Positions 27,034 to 35,719 of a stretch of DNA of 64,000 nucleotides are shown piece by piece. The stretch lies in IMG/VR virus record IMGVR_UViG_3300048502_000133, positions 1 through 64,000 of that record; one strand, written 5' to 3'. This stretch comes from a virus (lineage: Duplodnaviria > Caudoviricetes). A model generated the notes under the pieces. The model saw nothing but the letters and a program-made list of their open reading frames with translations, had not been told where the DNA came from and did not search any database. The position numbers and the translations under genes were made by a program. The stretch's first letter is position 1. Each line of letters starts with the position of its first letter.

Positions 27034-28129
27034 GTGGTCTTCCTAGCGCGTAATCTTTAGTGATCACACCGGCACTGGCGGCGCCGCGCAACGTAGGCGG
27101 CATGTAGAATCTGCCGGTGATCTTGCCGAACAGCTTGCCGCGCCCGTTCGTGCCGTACTCGCGAAAATGCCCGCGCGCGGTGTGCAATCGTACCGTCCTG
27201 GTGGGTCCGCCCGCTTCTCCACGTACTGCCCGCACCTTGGGCGTTTTTAAGGGATCCAGCGTCAAGACTTTATACTCCGTCAGCGGGAGTTTTCCCATGA
27301 TGCGCCGGGTCTTCTGCGCGCCTTCCGGCGCCGCGCGATCCTCCAGCAGGATGTTGTTGCAGTGCAGGAGCGAGAACGCCCAGAGCGACACGCACGCACA
27401 GTACGCACTCCCCAGCTGGTCCTTGCGGTACAGCTCTTCCGCCCTCGCGCTTCCCCTTTTGGCAAGGCGATCCGCCTCCAGCAAGGCCATGATTTCCGGA
27501 GTTTCCACGAACGCACCCAGGCAGAGGTGCCCGTCTTCATCCAGCCAGAAGGACTGGCCTGCGGTGAGCCGGACAACATCATCACGTTTGTACTTGATAA
27601 ACCCGCTGAGAGACATAAGCCACCGAAGACGCGGTTCCTGGTGGTGGCGGAAGAACCACCGGGACGCCGCCGCCGCGCGATCTTCTTTTATGGTAGGCTC
27701 CATGATCTGAGAAAAGCGCTCCGGCGTCATGCTGGCGATGCTGCGTATATCCTGGCACTCAATGAGCGCCGCTGCCCCCTCAATGGCTGGGTTTACCACC
27801 CCGTTCGCGGTGTAGACTCTATCCCACTCCACCCACGTCAGCGGGTATGGAGGCACGAGTGAGCCGTAGCGCTCCGTAAAGAGGGTGGAGAACATCGTTT
27901 CATCGTTCAGATCTCCGGACACCCACTCCAGGGAGAGCCCGGTACTGAGGGTGTCGCTGGCGTAGTTGACCCGGAGCGCTGTTGCCCCGCGTATCACCTC
28001 CAGCACCATCTCTGCCTCTTTGTACGTGTGGAGCGCGTACGGGTTCTTCTTGAGCGCTTCGCGTGGGATGCGCTGATGCAAGAGCGTTTTCTTCCGGGCC
28101 ATCTCCAGGTACTCATCTCGCAGGCTCAT
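27017..28129 (-). CDS. hypothetical protein with C-terminal HxxRGHxR motif
   Basis: ATG 28129 overlaps upstream stop (ATGA); C-terminal RLHTARGHFREY resembles a widespread uncharacterised phage motif. Confidence 0.65.
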   Translation of the reverse strand: MSLRDEYLEMARKKTLLHQRIPREALKKNPYALHTYKEAEMVLEVIRGATALRVNYASDTLSTGLSLEWVSGDLNDETMFSTLFTERYGSLVPPYPLTWVEWDRVYTANGVVNPAIEGAAALIECQDIRSIASMTPERFSQIMEPTIKEDRAAAASRWFFRHHQEPRLRWLMSLSGFIKYKRDDVVRLTAGQSFWLDEDGHLCLGAFVETPEIMALLEADRLAKRGSARAEELYRKDQLGSAYCACVSLWAFSLLHCNNILLEDRAAPEGAQKTRRIMGKLPLTEYKVLTLDPLKTPKVRAVRGEAGGPTRTVRLHTARGHFREYGTNGRGKLFGKITGRFYMPPTLRGAASAGVITKDYALGRPHAAQG

Positions 28130-28428
28130 CCTCGCGATCCCCAGGGGAGACCGTCCGGCGCCCGCTGGGCGTCCCCGGCTGCCTCCATGCAATAGGTACA
28201 GACGAAGCCCGCCGGTACCCAGCCCTGCCCGTCTACCCAGGTCTCATCCTGCAGTTGAGGCAGCGGTAGGATCCGATCGCCGCAGCCCTTGCAGACCACG
28301 GCCTCTACCAGCAACCGGGCCTGGCAGACGGGACAGGCGATCGATCCCTCGATCGCCACGTCCACTACGGTCGCTGCCTGGCAGAAGTCGCACGAAGTAA
28401 CGTAGGTACGAATCATCTGTTGTATCAC
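28126..28428 (-). CDS. Cys-rich zinc-finger protein
   Basis: CDFC, CPVC, CKGC, CTYC; GTGA coupling to SWIM gene. Confidence 0.6.
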   Translation of the reverse strand: MIQQMIRTYVTSCDFCQAATVVDVAIEGSIACPVCQARLLVEAVVCKGCGDRILPLPQLQDETWVDGQGWVPAGFVCTYCMEAAGDAQRAPDGLPWGSRG

Positions 28429-28691
28429 GCCTGTACCCCCTTCTTCTCTGTCCCCGGCACTGCATGAATCCCCCACTGGATCGCCTTCACAACCGCCGCA
28501 GCGTGCTTGCAGACGTTGCCATGCTGGCCCGCCTGGCAATCGCAGGAGAGGTTCGTCCAGGAGCGCCCCGTTACCACGATGGTGTAGTCCTTGACCCGGT
28601 ACTGCCCAGGACGCTCCTTGTAGACAATCAGCCTCTCCGCGACCGCGCGTTGCCAGGCTGCCTGCCACGTATTGACGATCTTCTCACTCAC
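28425..28691 (-). CDS. SWIM zinc-finger protein
   Basis: SCDCQAGQHGNVCKH = CxC-x-CxH; first gene after box promoter 2. Confidence 0.85.
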   Translation of the reverse strand: MSEKIVNTWQAAWQRAVAERLIVYKERPGQYRVKDYTIVVTGRSWTNLSCDCQAGQHGNVCKHAAAVVKAIQWGIHAVPGTEKKGVQA

Positions 28692-28727
28692 TGCCGTTCT
28701 CCTTAGTGGTCCCTGTCTCTACTAAGA

Positions 28728-28756
28728 AGAATACCATACGTTGCAACGCGTGTCAA
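28728..28756 (-). promoter_or_regulatory. box promoter 2: TTGACA-17-TATTCT
   Basis: Minus strand TTGACACGCGTTGCAACGTATGGTATTCT. Confidence 0.9.
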
Positions 28757-28762
28757 GGGGTA

Positions 28763-28963
28763 TCAGACAGATTCCGCAGGGACGCGCGGCGGCGGGCCTG
28801 GTTCGTTGCACTTGGCCCGGAGTCTGTCTATCTCGACAAGCAGGCGCCGGACGCTGCTGATAGAGACGCGGGCCAGATCTTCTTCTTCAGGCGTGGCGTA
28901 CTGCGCGATCGCCCGCATCATGTACTCCCAGTCAGCGTTCAGGCGACCGGGTATTACGTCCAT
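28763..28963 (-). CDS. hypothetical protein
   Basis: 66 aa, overlaps end of the nucleotidyltransferase gene. Confidence 0.45.
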   Translation of the reverse strand: MDVIPGRLNADWEYMMRAIAQYATPEEEDLARVSISSVRRLLVEIDRLRAKCNEPGPPPRVPAESV

Positions 28964-29526
28964 GGGTTGCCGCCCCTGGCGATGATCTCGTGTGCGTTCG
29001 GTACCGGGTAGCCCGGCTGCCCGCCCAGCTCAATTCTGGGGTAGGCGCTATACGGGCGTGCGTGCTCTTCGGTAACGATCTGGAAGTCTCCCCGCGCGCC
29101 TATCGTGCGGGTCAACAGCCCCGCCCAGAGGTGTGTAAGGATCGCCCAGGGCGTGTGGGGTTGATTGATCATGCCTGGGTTCCCCAGGTAGCGCTGGAAG
29201 TCTTCGGTAGTGAGTATCAAGCGCACGTCTATATCACGCGGGTCGCGGCGCTTCAGTGCAGAACCCACCAGGAACGGGCGCGTGCCGTAGGCCATATGCA
29301 CCCAGGCGCCGAACTCGTTGAGCGCCAGCCACTGGGGCATCCCCACCCCGATCGGCTGCGGGTGCTGTCCCGTCGCGGTCTTCTCCCCTTGCTGAATATC
29401 CGCAAGGAAGAACGCCCCGCAGCTGGCGCATACGTAGGTAGACGGCGTAGGGAAAGACGGTTCGCCCCATGCCTCCAGGCGAAGGTGCGCACAGGTGGCC
29501 AGTTTTGAGGCTTCAGGGTCTGCCAT
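28954..29526 (-). CDS. Pol-beta-superfamily nucleotidyltransferase with N-terminal Zn-ribbon-like segment
   Basis: FLVGSAL...RDIDVR (GS + DxD) and a third acid in GDFQI; CAH...CASC at N-terminus; AGAGGAG RBS before ATG 29526. Confidence 0.7.
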   Translation of the reverse strand: MADPEASKLATCAHLRLEAWGEPSFPTPSTYVCASCGAFFLADIQQGEKTATGQHPQPIGVGMPQWLALNEFGAWVHMAYGTRPFLVGSALKRRDPRDIDVRLILTTEDFQRYLGNPGMINQPHTPWAILTHLWAGLLTRTIGARGDFQIVTEEHARPYSAYPRIELGGQPGYPVPNAHEIIARGGNPWT

Positions 29527-29536
29527 GGGTGCTCCT

Positions 29537-30055
29537 CTAGCTTTCTCGCGGCATGGGCACTTGCGCACCGCGCAGGGCCACGACGCGTGGATTAGTCGTT
29601 AACAGACGCAGCACACGCACGCGCGTCAGTGGGTGCAAAATGATCCGGGTGTGGTTTTTCTCGTACCACGCCGCTACTTCCCAGGCGCCGGTGATCGCCC
29701 GCCCAGCGCCCATCCAGTCAGCGACCATCTCTCGTACATAGCGCTCCGGCATCTTGAGCACAGCCGTTTCGCCGTTATCGTTCCGCAGGATCCAATGCTG
29801 CCAGTGGTGCTTATTGGCGTGCTGGTGATGGAGCCATGCCGCGTCGAAGTCCCGGCGCCGCTGCTCCAGGCGGGCGGCGTTCGTGGTCTTCTTGCCATAG
29901 AAGAAGGTCACGTACGGCCCCCACTCCGCAGGGGTGAGCTTTGACCAGTCGTGTAGCACCAGCCGCCACCAGGGGGCGCCCGTCGCCAGCCCTGCCAGGA
30001 AGACATAGTACTTGTGCCGCAGGATATACCGGGCATATTTCAGGTGCGCAATCAT
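29537..30055 (-). CDS. HD-superfamily phosphohydrolase (DUF5662-like)
   Basis: RHKYYV, LHDWSK, WLHHQHANKHHW, EMVADW. Confidence 0.85.
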   Translation of the reverse strand: MIAHLKYARYILRHKYYVFLAGLATGAPWWRLVLHDWSKLTPAEWGPYVTFFYGKKTTNAARLEQRRRDFDAAWLHHQHANKHHWQHWILRNDNGETAVLKMPERYVREMVADWMGAGRAITGAWEVAAWYEKNHTRIILHPLTRVRVLRLLTTNPRVVALRGAQVPMPRES

Positions 30056-30077
30056 GGGTGCTCCTTCCTTTCGGGTA

Positions 30078-30578
30078 TTACAGCGTGTCGCCTTCGGGTG
30101 TCTGCTGTGCGAACTCCTCCCGCTTCTTCGTGGCGGCGCTGAGTAGCCAGGCTTTCCAGGTATCCAGGCTCACCTCTGTCCACCCTTTGGGGTTGCTCAG
30201 GTTGTGGTACCAGAGGCAATGCACGTCCTCATCATAGACCACGATCAGCACCGGGCATCCTAGCAACCGCCCCGCGCGCCGGGCAATCTCTGCCTGCACG
30301 CCGCCATGGTAGCGCTCCAGAATGGCGGCAAAATACGCCGGAGAAGGCGTAGCGCCCCAGTCTTTACCGTCCTTGTAGCGATCCCGAAGCGTCAGTTCCA
30401 GGGCAACTATCGGGTGCCACTCCCCACCCGCAAATGCCCACTCCACAGAGTCAATATCCAGCGGGTACGGCGCCCCGGCGCCGAACTTCCGCCGCGCCTC
30501 TACATAGGGAATCGTCCGATCCAGCCCGTCTTCCCGTTGCCGCGCTTTATGGCCACCAGGGAGAGTATCTTTACTCAC
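30078..30578 (-). CDS. hypothetical protein, possible PD-(D/E)xK-like nuclease fold
   Basis: LDIDSVEW...PIVALELT resembles D...ExK with the lysine replaced. Confidence 0.35.
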   Translation of the reverse strand: MSKDTLPGGHKARQREDGLDRTIPYVEARRKFGAGAPYPLDIDSVEWAFAGGEWHPIVALELTLRDRYKDGKDWGATPSPAYFAAILERYHGGVQAEIARRAGRLLGCPVLIVVYDEDVHCLWYHNLSNPKGWTEVSLDTWKAWLLSAATKKREEFAQQTPEGDTL

Positions 30579-31045
30579 GACAGGTATCCCTTCACATACG
30601 TCTGATAATCTTCTGCCACGCGGTCATTCAAGGCGTGCCGGAGCACCGGAGCGAACGCCCCTGGTTCTTCTTCATCCAGGCTCTCCAGGTCGTATTCATG
30701 GACAACCTCCAGCCACCGGGCGTGCTGCTCTCGCCGCTCTTCGTTTCCATCGGCAATCATGACGTATGCCGGACACGCACAGGGGCTATTCAGGAGGGTG
30801 CCGTAGGCGTCGTACCAGAGATCTCGCTGGCCGCGCGTGTACTCCAGCAGCTCCTCCAGCTCCGCCGCCTGCTCCACTACCCGTACGCTGGTCTCCATGT
30901 GAGCAACGTAGCTCTGGGCCAGCTCATACCAGGGCGCCTTCGGCGTGAGGCGCGCCAGGTGCTCTTGCAGCTCCTGGCGTTGCTCCTTGAGCTGCCTGAG
31001 CAAGCCACGCAGATTTTCGCTGCGCTGCAGTGGAGTTGGGTTCAT
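30575..31045 (-). CDS. hypothetical coiled-coil protein
   Basis: 156 aa with RBS; heptad pattern. Confidence 0.55.
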   Translation of the reverse strand: MNPTPLQRSENLRGLLRQLKEQRQELQEHLARLTPKAPWYELAQSYVAHMETSVRVVEQAAELEELLEYTRGQRDLWYDAYGTLLNSPCACPAYVMIADGNEERREQHARWLEVVHEYDLESLDEEEPGAFAPVLRHALNDRVAEDYQTYVKGYLS

Positions 31046-31448
31046 GGTTCCTCCCCTTGAATCTGTGTGGCTGCTTTGCCCTGTCCAATTGCGTATCTAC
31101 GTGCCACGCCTCACCCGTCCAGTCCATATGTGGAAGATCCGGGCGTCCCCCGATCGCGCCCCAGCGCTCCAGGTAACGGACCGCATGTACAGCCCCTTGC
31201 CCGTACTTTCCTCCGTAGAGGGCACGAAACCGCCGCACAAGGTAGCGTACAAACGTGACAGAGACAAAGTGCTGGTTCGCCTTCCGACAGAGCCCACAGC
31301 GCCCCTTTTTGAGGTGGAGCGCGTAGCCATACAGGGTGTAGAAGCGCCCGGCGTAGGGGCAGACCACGCAGATGCGCAGGAGCCCTGTCTCCGTATCTGC
31401 CCAGGTCGCGGGGAGCGCGCGCTTCTCCGCCACCACCCACTCCGTCAC
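30924..31448 (-). CDS. hypothetical Cys/His-containing protein
   Basis: GTG 31448 overlaps upstream stop (GTGA); CVVC...H...CGLC; 3' end overlaps next gene by 122 nt. Confidence 0.45.
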   Translation of the reverse strand: MTEWVVAEKRALPATWADTETGLLRICVVCPYAGRFYTLYGYALHLKKGRCGLCRKANQHFVSVTFVRYLVRRFRALYGGKYGQGAVHAVRYLERWGAIGGRPDLPHMDWTGEAWHVDTQLDRAKQPHRFKGRNHEPNSTAAQRKSAWLAQAAQGATPGAARAPGAPHAEGALV

Positions 31449-31810
31449 AACCGGCGCGCCTCCTCTCCGGCCAGTTCGCTGATAGCCTCCTGCAGGAGAT
31501 CGCCTGCCGCCTGCTGCAGGGTCTGCACCCGGTCGCTGATCTGCTCTACCATCACCTGCGTGGCCTTGATCACCGCGATTAGCTCCGGCACCGCGCGGGC
31601 AAGAAAGATCACGTCCTTGAGCGCTGCCAGCGCCCCTTCTCCTCTGGTCCCGCAGATCAAAAGTACTCTGGTGTTTCCGCCCGCGTCGGCCCCCAGGGCC
31701 ACCGGCGCCTGACCGCCTAGAAAATCCTCCGCAAAGTACAGCATCGCATTGGAAAGCTGCGGGTGTGCCGCAACCAGCGCGGAGAGGGAGTCGAGATCGT
31801 CTCGTTTCAT
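31445..31810 (-). CDS. hypothetical protein
   Basis: 121 aa, ATGA coupling. Confidence 0.55.
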   Translation of the reverse strand: MKRDDLDSLSALVAAHPQLSNAMLYFAEDFLGGQAPVALGADAGGNTRVLLICGTRGEGALAALKDVIFLARAVPELIAVIKATQVMVEQISDRVQTLQQAAGDLLQEAISELAGEEARRL

Positions 31811-32160
31811 GCGCCGTTCGCCTCCTGCCAGTAACGCGCGTAGGTACGCAGCTGCTCAAGCTCTGCGCGTTCAATAACCTGATACGTCTCCCCCAGAGCC
31901 AGGGTCATGTCGGCGCGCAGTCTTTCCAGGCTCTCCGCGATCGCCGCGCCCACAGCCGCCAGTGCAACCGTCCGGCCCTGGAGGTACAGATCCAGAAGAA
32001 TCTCCCCCCAGTCGTTGCCGGTGTGCGTGTCGTCATGCCCCGGCCCACCCCAGCGGGCGTCCTGACGCGTGCGCTCCCCAATGATCGTCGCCCGCGCCCG
32101 ACACCGATCACAGGTCAATACATTATCCCCGTCACAGGCGGGGCAGGGTGTCATGAACAT
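31807..32160 (-). CDS. hypothetical Zn-finger protein
   Basis: CPAC...CDRC at N-terminus. Confidence 0.55.
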   Translation of the reverse strand: MFMTPCPACDGDNVLTCDRCRARATIIGERTRQDARWGGPGHDDTHTGNDWGEILLDLYLQGRTVALAAVGAAIAESLERLRADMTLALGETYQVIERAELEQLRTYARYWQEANGA

Positions 32161-32462
32161 TAATTCTGATCCGCCTTTCTGTTGCGCAAAAGCTCCCCCA
32201 GATCCGGCGGCTGCAGCCCTCGCAGGTGTTCGTCTTCCTGGTCGTTAACCTCCTTGATTTCGTCTGGACGCGGGAGCCGGACAGAGTGTACGTCTTTGAC
32301 CCCGCACACCGGGCACTTGCACCGGACTACGCGCTCTCCTACACGATGCGCAACCATAATGTCTTTCTCGCCGCAATTGCCGCAGGTGCCCATCATGAAA
32401 TAGACCCCCTGCTCCACACGATCGCAGTTCTGGCAATGGCACCGCGCGTCTAGTCTATACAC
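32160..32462 (-). CDS. hypothetical Zn-ribbon protein
   Basis: CHCQNC, CGNC, CKCPVC. Confidence 0.55.
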   Translation of the reverse strand: MYRLDARCHCQNCDRVEQGVYFMMGTCGNCGEKDIMVAHRVGERVVRCKCPVCGVKDVHSVRLPRPDEIKEVNDQEDEHLRGLQPPDLGELLRNRKADQN

Positions 32463-32964
32463 CTGCTGCCTCCTTTCGGCGGGTGACTTCCTCCCACCCT
32501 CTTCCGTTCCAGCGCTCTACCGGCCCCAGGTGATTACAGGGAGGTACACCGTCTTTCCTGCTGGCGCCCTTCGGCTTCGGGCGCGTCCAGAACAGCTGCT
32601 CCTTGAGATCTTCAACACTCCTGCCGCTGTCCGGTACGTAGAGCGCGCGGCAGTTCTTGCAGCGCATGAACCACGTCGCGCCCATCAGCGTCTGCTGGTT
32701 CTTTCGCAAGACGGCGACCGTCTCCAGCAACTCCGGGATCGCCTGTCTGGACAGCGCCATGAACTCCGCGTCCGGGATGAGCACCTGTACATCCTCCCCG
32801 GACAGCACCAGATCCCCGTCCGGCCCGTCGATGCTGACAAAATAAGCGCCGCCGACTGCGTAGCCCATATCATCGTGTTCTTGGCCGGTCTCTGCCGTCC
32901 ATGGCCCTGGAGAGGCTTTTTCAAGCGCCTCCCGTATCTCCTGTTCGCGGGCTTCGCTTATCAC
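32455..32964 (-). CDS. Ead/Ea22-like protein with C-terminal Zn-ribbon
   Basis: LEKASPGPW...DAEFMALSRQAIPELL is the Ead/Ea22-like signature; CKNC...CNH. Confidence 0.7.
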   Translation of the reverse strand: MISEAREQEIREALEKASPGPWTAETGQEHDDMGYAVGGAYFVSIDGPDGDLVLSGEDVQVLIPDAEFMALSRQAIPELLETVAVLRKNQQTLMGATWFMRCKNCRALYVPDSGRSVEDLKEQLFWTRPKPKGASRKDGVPPCNHLGPVERWNGRGWEEVTRRKEAAGV

Positions 32965-33274
32965 GCGTGTCCTCCTTTACCGCGTTGTACACGTCTACTG
33001 ACGCCGTCAGCTCCTCCACCCGTTGCAGGTACTCGCTTATGGGACAGCTCCCCGGTACCGCAAACCACGCCGCCGCCGCCACCACTCGCTGCATCGCCGC
33101 ATACTCCCGGCCACCCAGCACGACAGTGCCGGGGACGTGTGCCGGGCAGCGGGTGACACGCAGCGTGACGATGCTGTGCGGTATTCGGTACACCTCCGCA
33201 GGTTCCCCGCAGAGCGCGAACGGGATCTCCTCCTCCGGCACGTCAACTACTGCCCCACATGTTTCCCCAGTCAT
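32921..33274 (-). CDS. hypothetical protein
   Basis: 117 aa, ATGA coupling; C-x-C...C-x2-H. Confidence 0.5.
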   Translation of the reverse strand: MTGETCGAVVDVPEEEIPFALCGEPAEVYRIPHSIVTLRVTRCPAHVPGTVVLGGREYAAMQRVVAAAAWFAVPGSCPISEYLQRVEELTASVDVYNAVKEDTRDKRSPRTGDTGGA

Positions 33275-33711
33275 GACGGGGAGTACTTGCGCGTAGAGTC
33301 CCCTTTATAGCCCCGGATCACCGCCCGGAGCCGGTCTATTTCGCTGTGCAGCGCCCGGATCACTTCGGCGGCGCCATCCATGCGATTGTTACGGGCCACC
33401 CTATCCGGCCTCTCGTGGTGCCCGTAGGCCATCTCCACCCAGGTGTACGGGCTGGATCCGTCTTCGTAGTCTTGAGCCTTGAGCCAGCGCACGAACTGAT
33501 CCCGGTGGTCATCGCCTATGCTTGACTCGCTCCAGTTTTCGTAGGATCCGTCCGACCCCACCATGAACGTGAAGACGGTATTTACAGGCGCCACCAGCGT
33601 GCTGGACACCATGCCGCCGGCAAAGATACTTCGTGCCTTATCGCGTGCTTTCTCTGCCAGCTCCAGAGAGAACGCCGAAACCACGATCGCGTGGTGCTCT
33701 GTGTTGCTCAT
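33271..33711 (-). CDS. hypothetical phage protein
   Basis: AAAGGAGGAG RBS before ATG 33711; first gene after box promoter 3. Confidence 0.65.
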   Translation of the reverse strand: MSNTEHHAIVVSAFSLELAEKARDKARSIFAGGMVSSTLVAPVNTVFTFMVGSDGSYENWSESSIGDDHRDQFVRWLKAQDYEDGSSPYTWVEMAYGHHERPDRVARNNRMDGAAEVIRALHSEIDRLRAVIRGYKGDSTRKYSPS

Positions 33712-33731
33712 CACTCCTCCTTTCATCGGAC

Positions 33732-33760
33732 ACCATAGCACACGTTGCTACGCGTATCAA
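33732..33760 (-). promoter_or_regulatory. box promoter 3: TTGATA-17-TATGGT with variant box CGTAGCAACG
   Basis: Minus strand TTGATACGCGTAGCAACGTGTGCTATGGT. Confidence 0.8.
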
Positions 33761-33918
33761 GTAGATTGTGCGATCTTTTCCAGCTCTTTCCTGCGGCGCT
33801 TGACACACTCCTTGCAATCTCCCCGCTGCCCGCCAGGCCCGGTATCCGTCACTTTCGCGGTGTACATCCAGCGCCTGCACAGGCTCATGCCGTCGATAAT
33901 CCGCTTGGTGGTGTCCAT
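33757..33918 (-). CDS. small hypothetical protein (53 aa, below ORF-track cut-off)
   Basis: GAGGTAGAGGGA then ATG; MDTTKRIIDGMSLCRRW...CKECVKRRRKELEKIAQST; stop in -35 of box promoter 3. Confidence 0.45.
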   Translation of the reverse strand: MDTTKRIIDGMSLCRRWMYTAKVTDTGPGGQRGDCKECVKRRRKELEKIAQST

Positions 33919-34011
33919 TCCCTCTACCTCTATCGTGTACGCCAGCGCGGCTTCTACGGTGCTCAGGATTCCCAGGTTGGCAGGGGCAGGTACCAGCCCC
34001 CAGTGCTCCGG

Positions 34012-34647
34012 TTACGTCTGATCCGCGTTACCGGCGCCCTCCGGTGCGGGCCGGTTCAGTCGAGTCTCCGGTATCAGCTGTAAATCAATCGCCACGCGGA
34101 ACGCCATTGCCGCGATGTGCTGCAGCTCTTCATACATCGCCGCAGGATCATGCTCTTTCTTCCAGACTTCGGCCTTGAGTTCATCCAGCTCCTCCAGGAT
34201 CACCGCGTACCCTTCGTGCGCGCTGGCAATAGGTCCATGCTTCCGGACAGCTTTCCAGAGACCCGCCTGGACCATGGCCTGCATCTGCTCATGGCCTTTG
34301 GTCACCTGCAGGGCGTACGACTCACCTGCAAACGGGCTCATCATTTCGGGAGATCGTCCGGTCTTTTGGCGCATATCGACGGGCTTCTCCTTCGATGTTT
34401 CCGGCGCGTCTAGTGCATCCAGCTCCTCGTGCGTAATCTCTTTGGCCATATAGCGCGGTCGTATAGTTTTGGAGAAAAACGCGCCTTTCGACTCTGCCGC
34501 ACGAAACTGACTATAGACACCAGCCGCCACGCCCGTATAGACATACACCCTTGTAGGCTCACCCTTGAACTCCACTACCAGCGTCTTTTTATCCGCGATG
34601 TAGCCAATAGCGTGGATATTTGAGGATTCTACGGTCTCCAGCTTCAT
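34012..34647 (-). CDS. KTSC domain fused to MazG-like nucleotide pyrophosphohydrolase domain
   Basis: N: VESSNIHAIGY...LVVEF...YVYTGV...SKGAFF...IRPRY (KTSC); C: SAHEGYAVILEELDEL...EELQHIAAMA (MazG-like). Confidence 0.8.
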   Translation of the reverse strand: MKLETVESSNIHAIGYIADKKTLVVEFKGEPTRVYVYTGVAAGVYSQFRAAESKGAFFSKTIRPRYMAKEITHEELDALDAPETSKEKPVDMRQKTGRSPEMMSPFAGESYALQVTKGHEQMQAMVQAGLWKAVRKHGPIASAHEGYAVILEELDELKAEVWKKEHDPAAMYEELQHIAAMAFRVAIDLQLIPETRLNRPAPEGAGNADQT

Positions 34648-34856
34648 TCTTTCTCCTTTTCGTATAGAAGCACACCGGACTGCCATATCTTCAGCGGAAA
34701 CATGGGGACTATCGACAGGAAAATGACTCTCCGTACCAGCTCTTCGTTTCCATTTTCCTCTGTGATTCTATTCCCCCATCTCCCGATAAATGCCCCAACC
34801 CAGAGATCTTGCGGCACGAATTTCAAGCGAACTCGCCACTGCCATCGTATCTCCAT
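34644..34856 (-). CDS. small hypothetical protein
   Basis: MEIRWQW...FVPQDLWVGAFI; ATGA coupling to KTSC gene. Confidence 0.5.
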   Translation of the reverse strand: MEIRWQWRVRLKFVPQDLWVGAFIGRWGNRITEENGNEELVRRVIFLSIVPMFPLKIWQSGVLLYEKEKE

Positions 34857-35049
34857 CACCTCTCCAGCTTCTCCATCCACCCCTTGTAGATCTGCGGAAA
34901 CACAGGTTGTTTTGCGTGGGTGTTGCAGAGGTACCAGTCGTACCCGTCTGCATGTTTGTTTCAATCCTCACCCGGCCTTGCGACCGGATGCGACAGCATC
35001 AGCGCCAGCGCTTCCAGCTGGATTAGATAGAACGGCGTGAGCGACCAGA

Positions 35050-35502
35050 CTAGATCTCGCGCGCGCTTTGATCGACTTGACACCGCTGGTCCTCCTCACT
35101 GGGCGGATCTTTGAGCTGCCAGATCCAGACGATCACGCGCGCCGCTACGTGTCCCGCAAGGAGAATGCCTTCCTCGTCCTTGTCCCCGGTTATCCAGGTA
35201 CTGCCGGGTAGCTCCGCCTGTACCCGCAGGCCCAGCGGCGCCATGTCCGTTTCCTCCTCCCCGCTCCTCCCCCAGGCCAGTGCCACCCGCTGGGTGCCGT
35301 CCAGGATAAAGTTGTAGGCCCAGGCCCAGGGTTTCCGGTCGATACCCATGAGGAGCGTACGCGGGTCTTCCACCAGATGCGTCATATGATGGTGAAGTTG
35401 CCGCAGCGCATCATGCAACTGCGGTGAGCACTCAGGGGGCACCTTTCTCTCCGATAAGTACCTCCGCCTCCCTTGATACGCCACCAGCCACTGCTTGGAC
35501 AT
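35050..35502 (-). CDS. hypothetical protein
   Basis: 150 aa from ATG 35502. Confidence 0.5.
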   Translation of the reverse strand: MSKQWLVAYQGRRRYLSERKVPPECSPQLHDALRQLHHHMTHLVEDPRTLLMGIDRKPWAWAYNFILDGTQRVALAWGRSGEEETDMAPLGLRVQAELPGSTWITGDKDEEGILLAGHVAARVIVWIWQLKDPPSEEDQRCQVDQSAREI

Positions 35503-35719
35503 ACCAGTACTCCTCATCCGGCATGACGCACCGCAACACCCCAGGAAGCGATCGCGCCGCGTGATCCTTCGGCAACCCTTCTAGCGCCTCCCGCAGCGCT
35601 TTCGCCAGCGGCTCCCAGCCCTCCCTCCGGGAAAAAAGATCCGCAGGAAGGTTCTCCAGCCGGGTTGCCGTCTCGACAAGCGCGTTGATCCGCTCTGTCA
35701 GCTCCTGCCGTTCATTCAT
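35432..35719 (-). CDS. hypothetical protein
   Basis: 95 aa, ATGA coupling. Confidence 0.5.
   Translation of the reverse strand: MNERQELTERINALVETATRLENLPADLFSRREGWEPLAKALREALEGLPKDHAARSLPGVLRCVMPDEEYWYVQAVAGGVSREAEVLIGEKGAP

Noticed and set aside
33919-34014. Read-through of the KTSC-MazG TAA into the next small ORF
   Set aside because: The downstream ORF has its own RBS and ATG (33918); TAA read-through is rare
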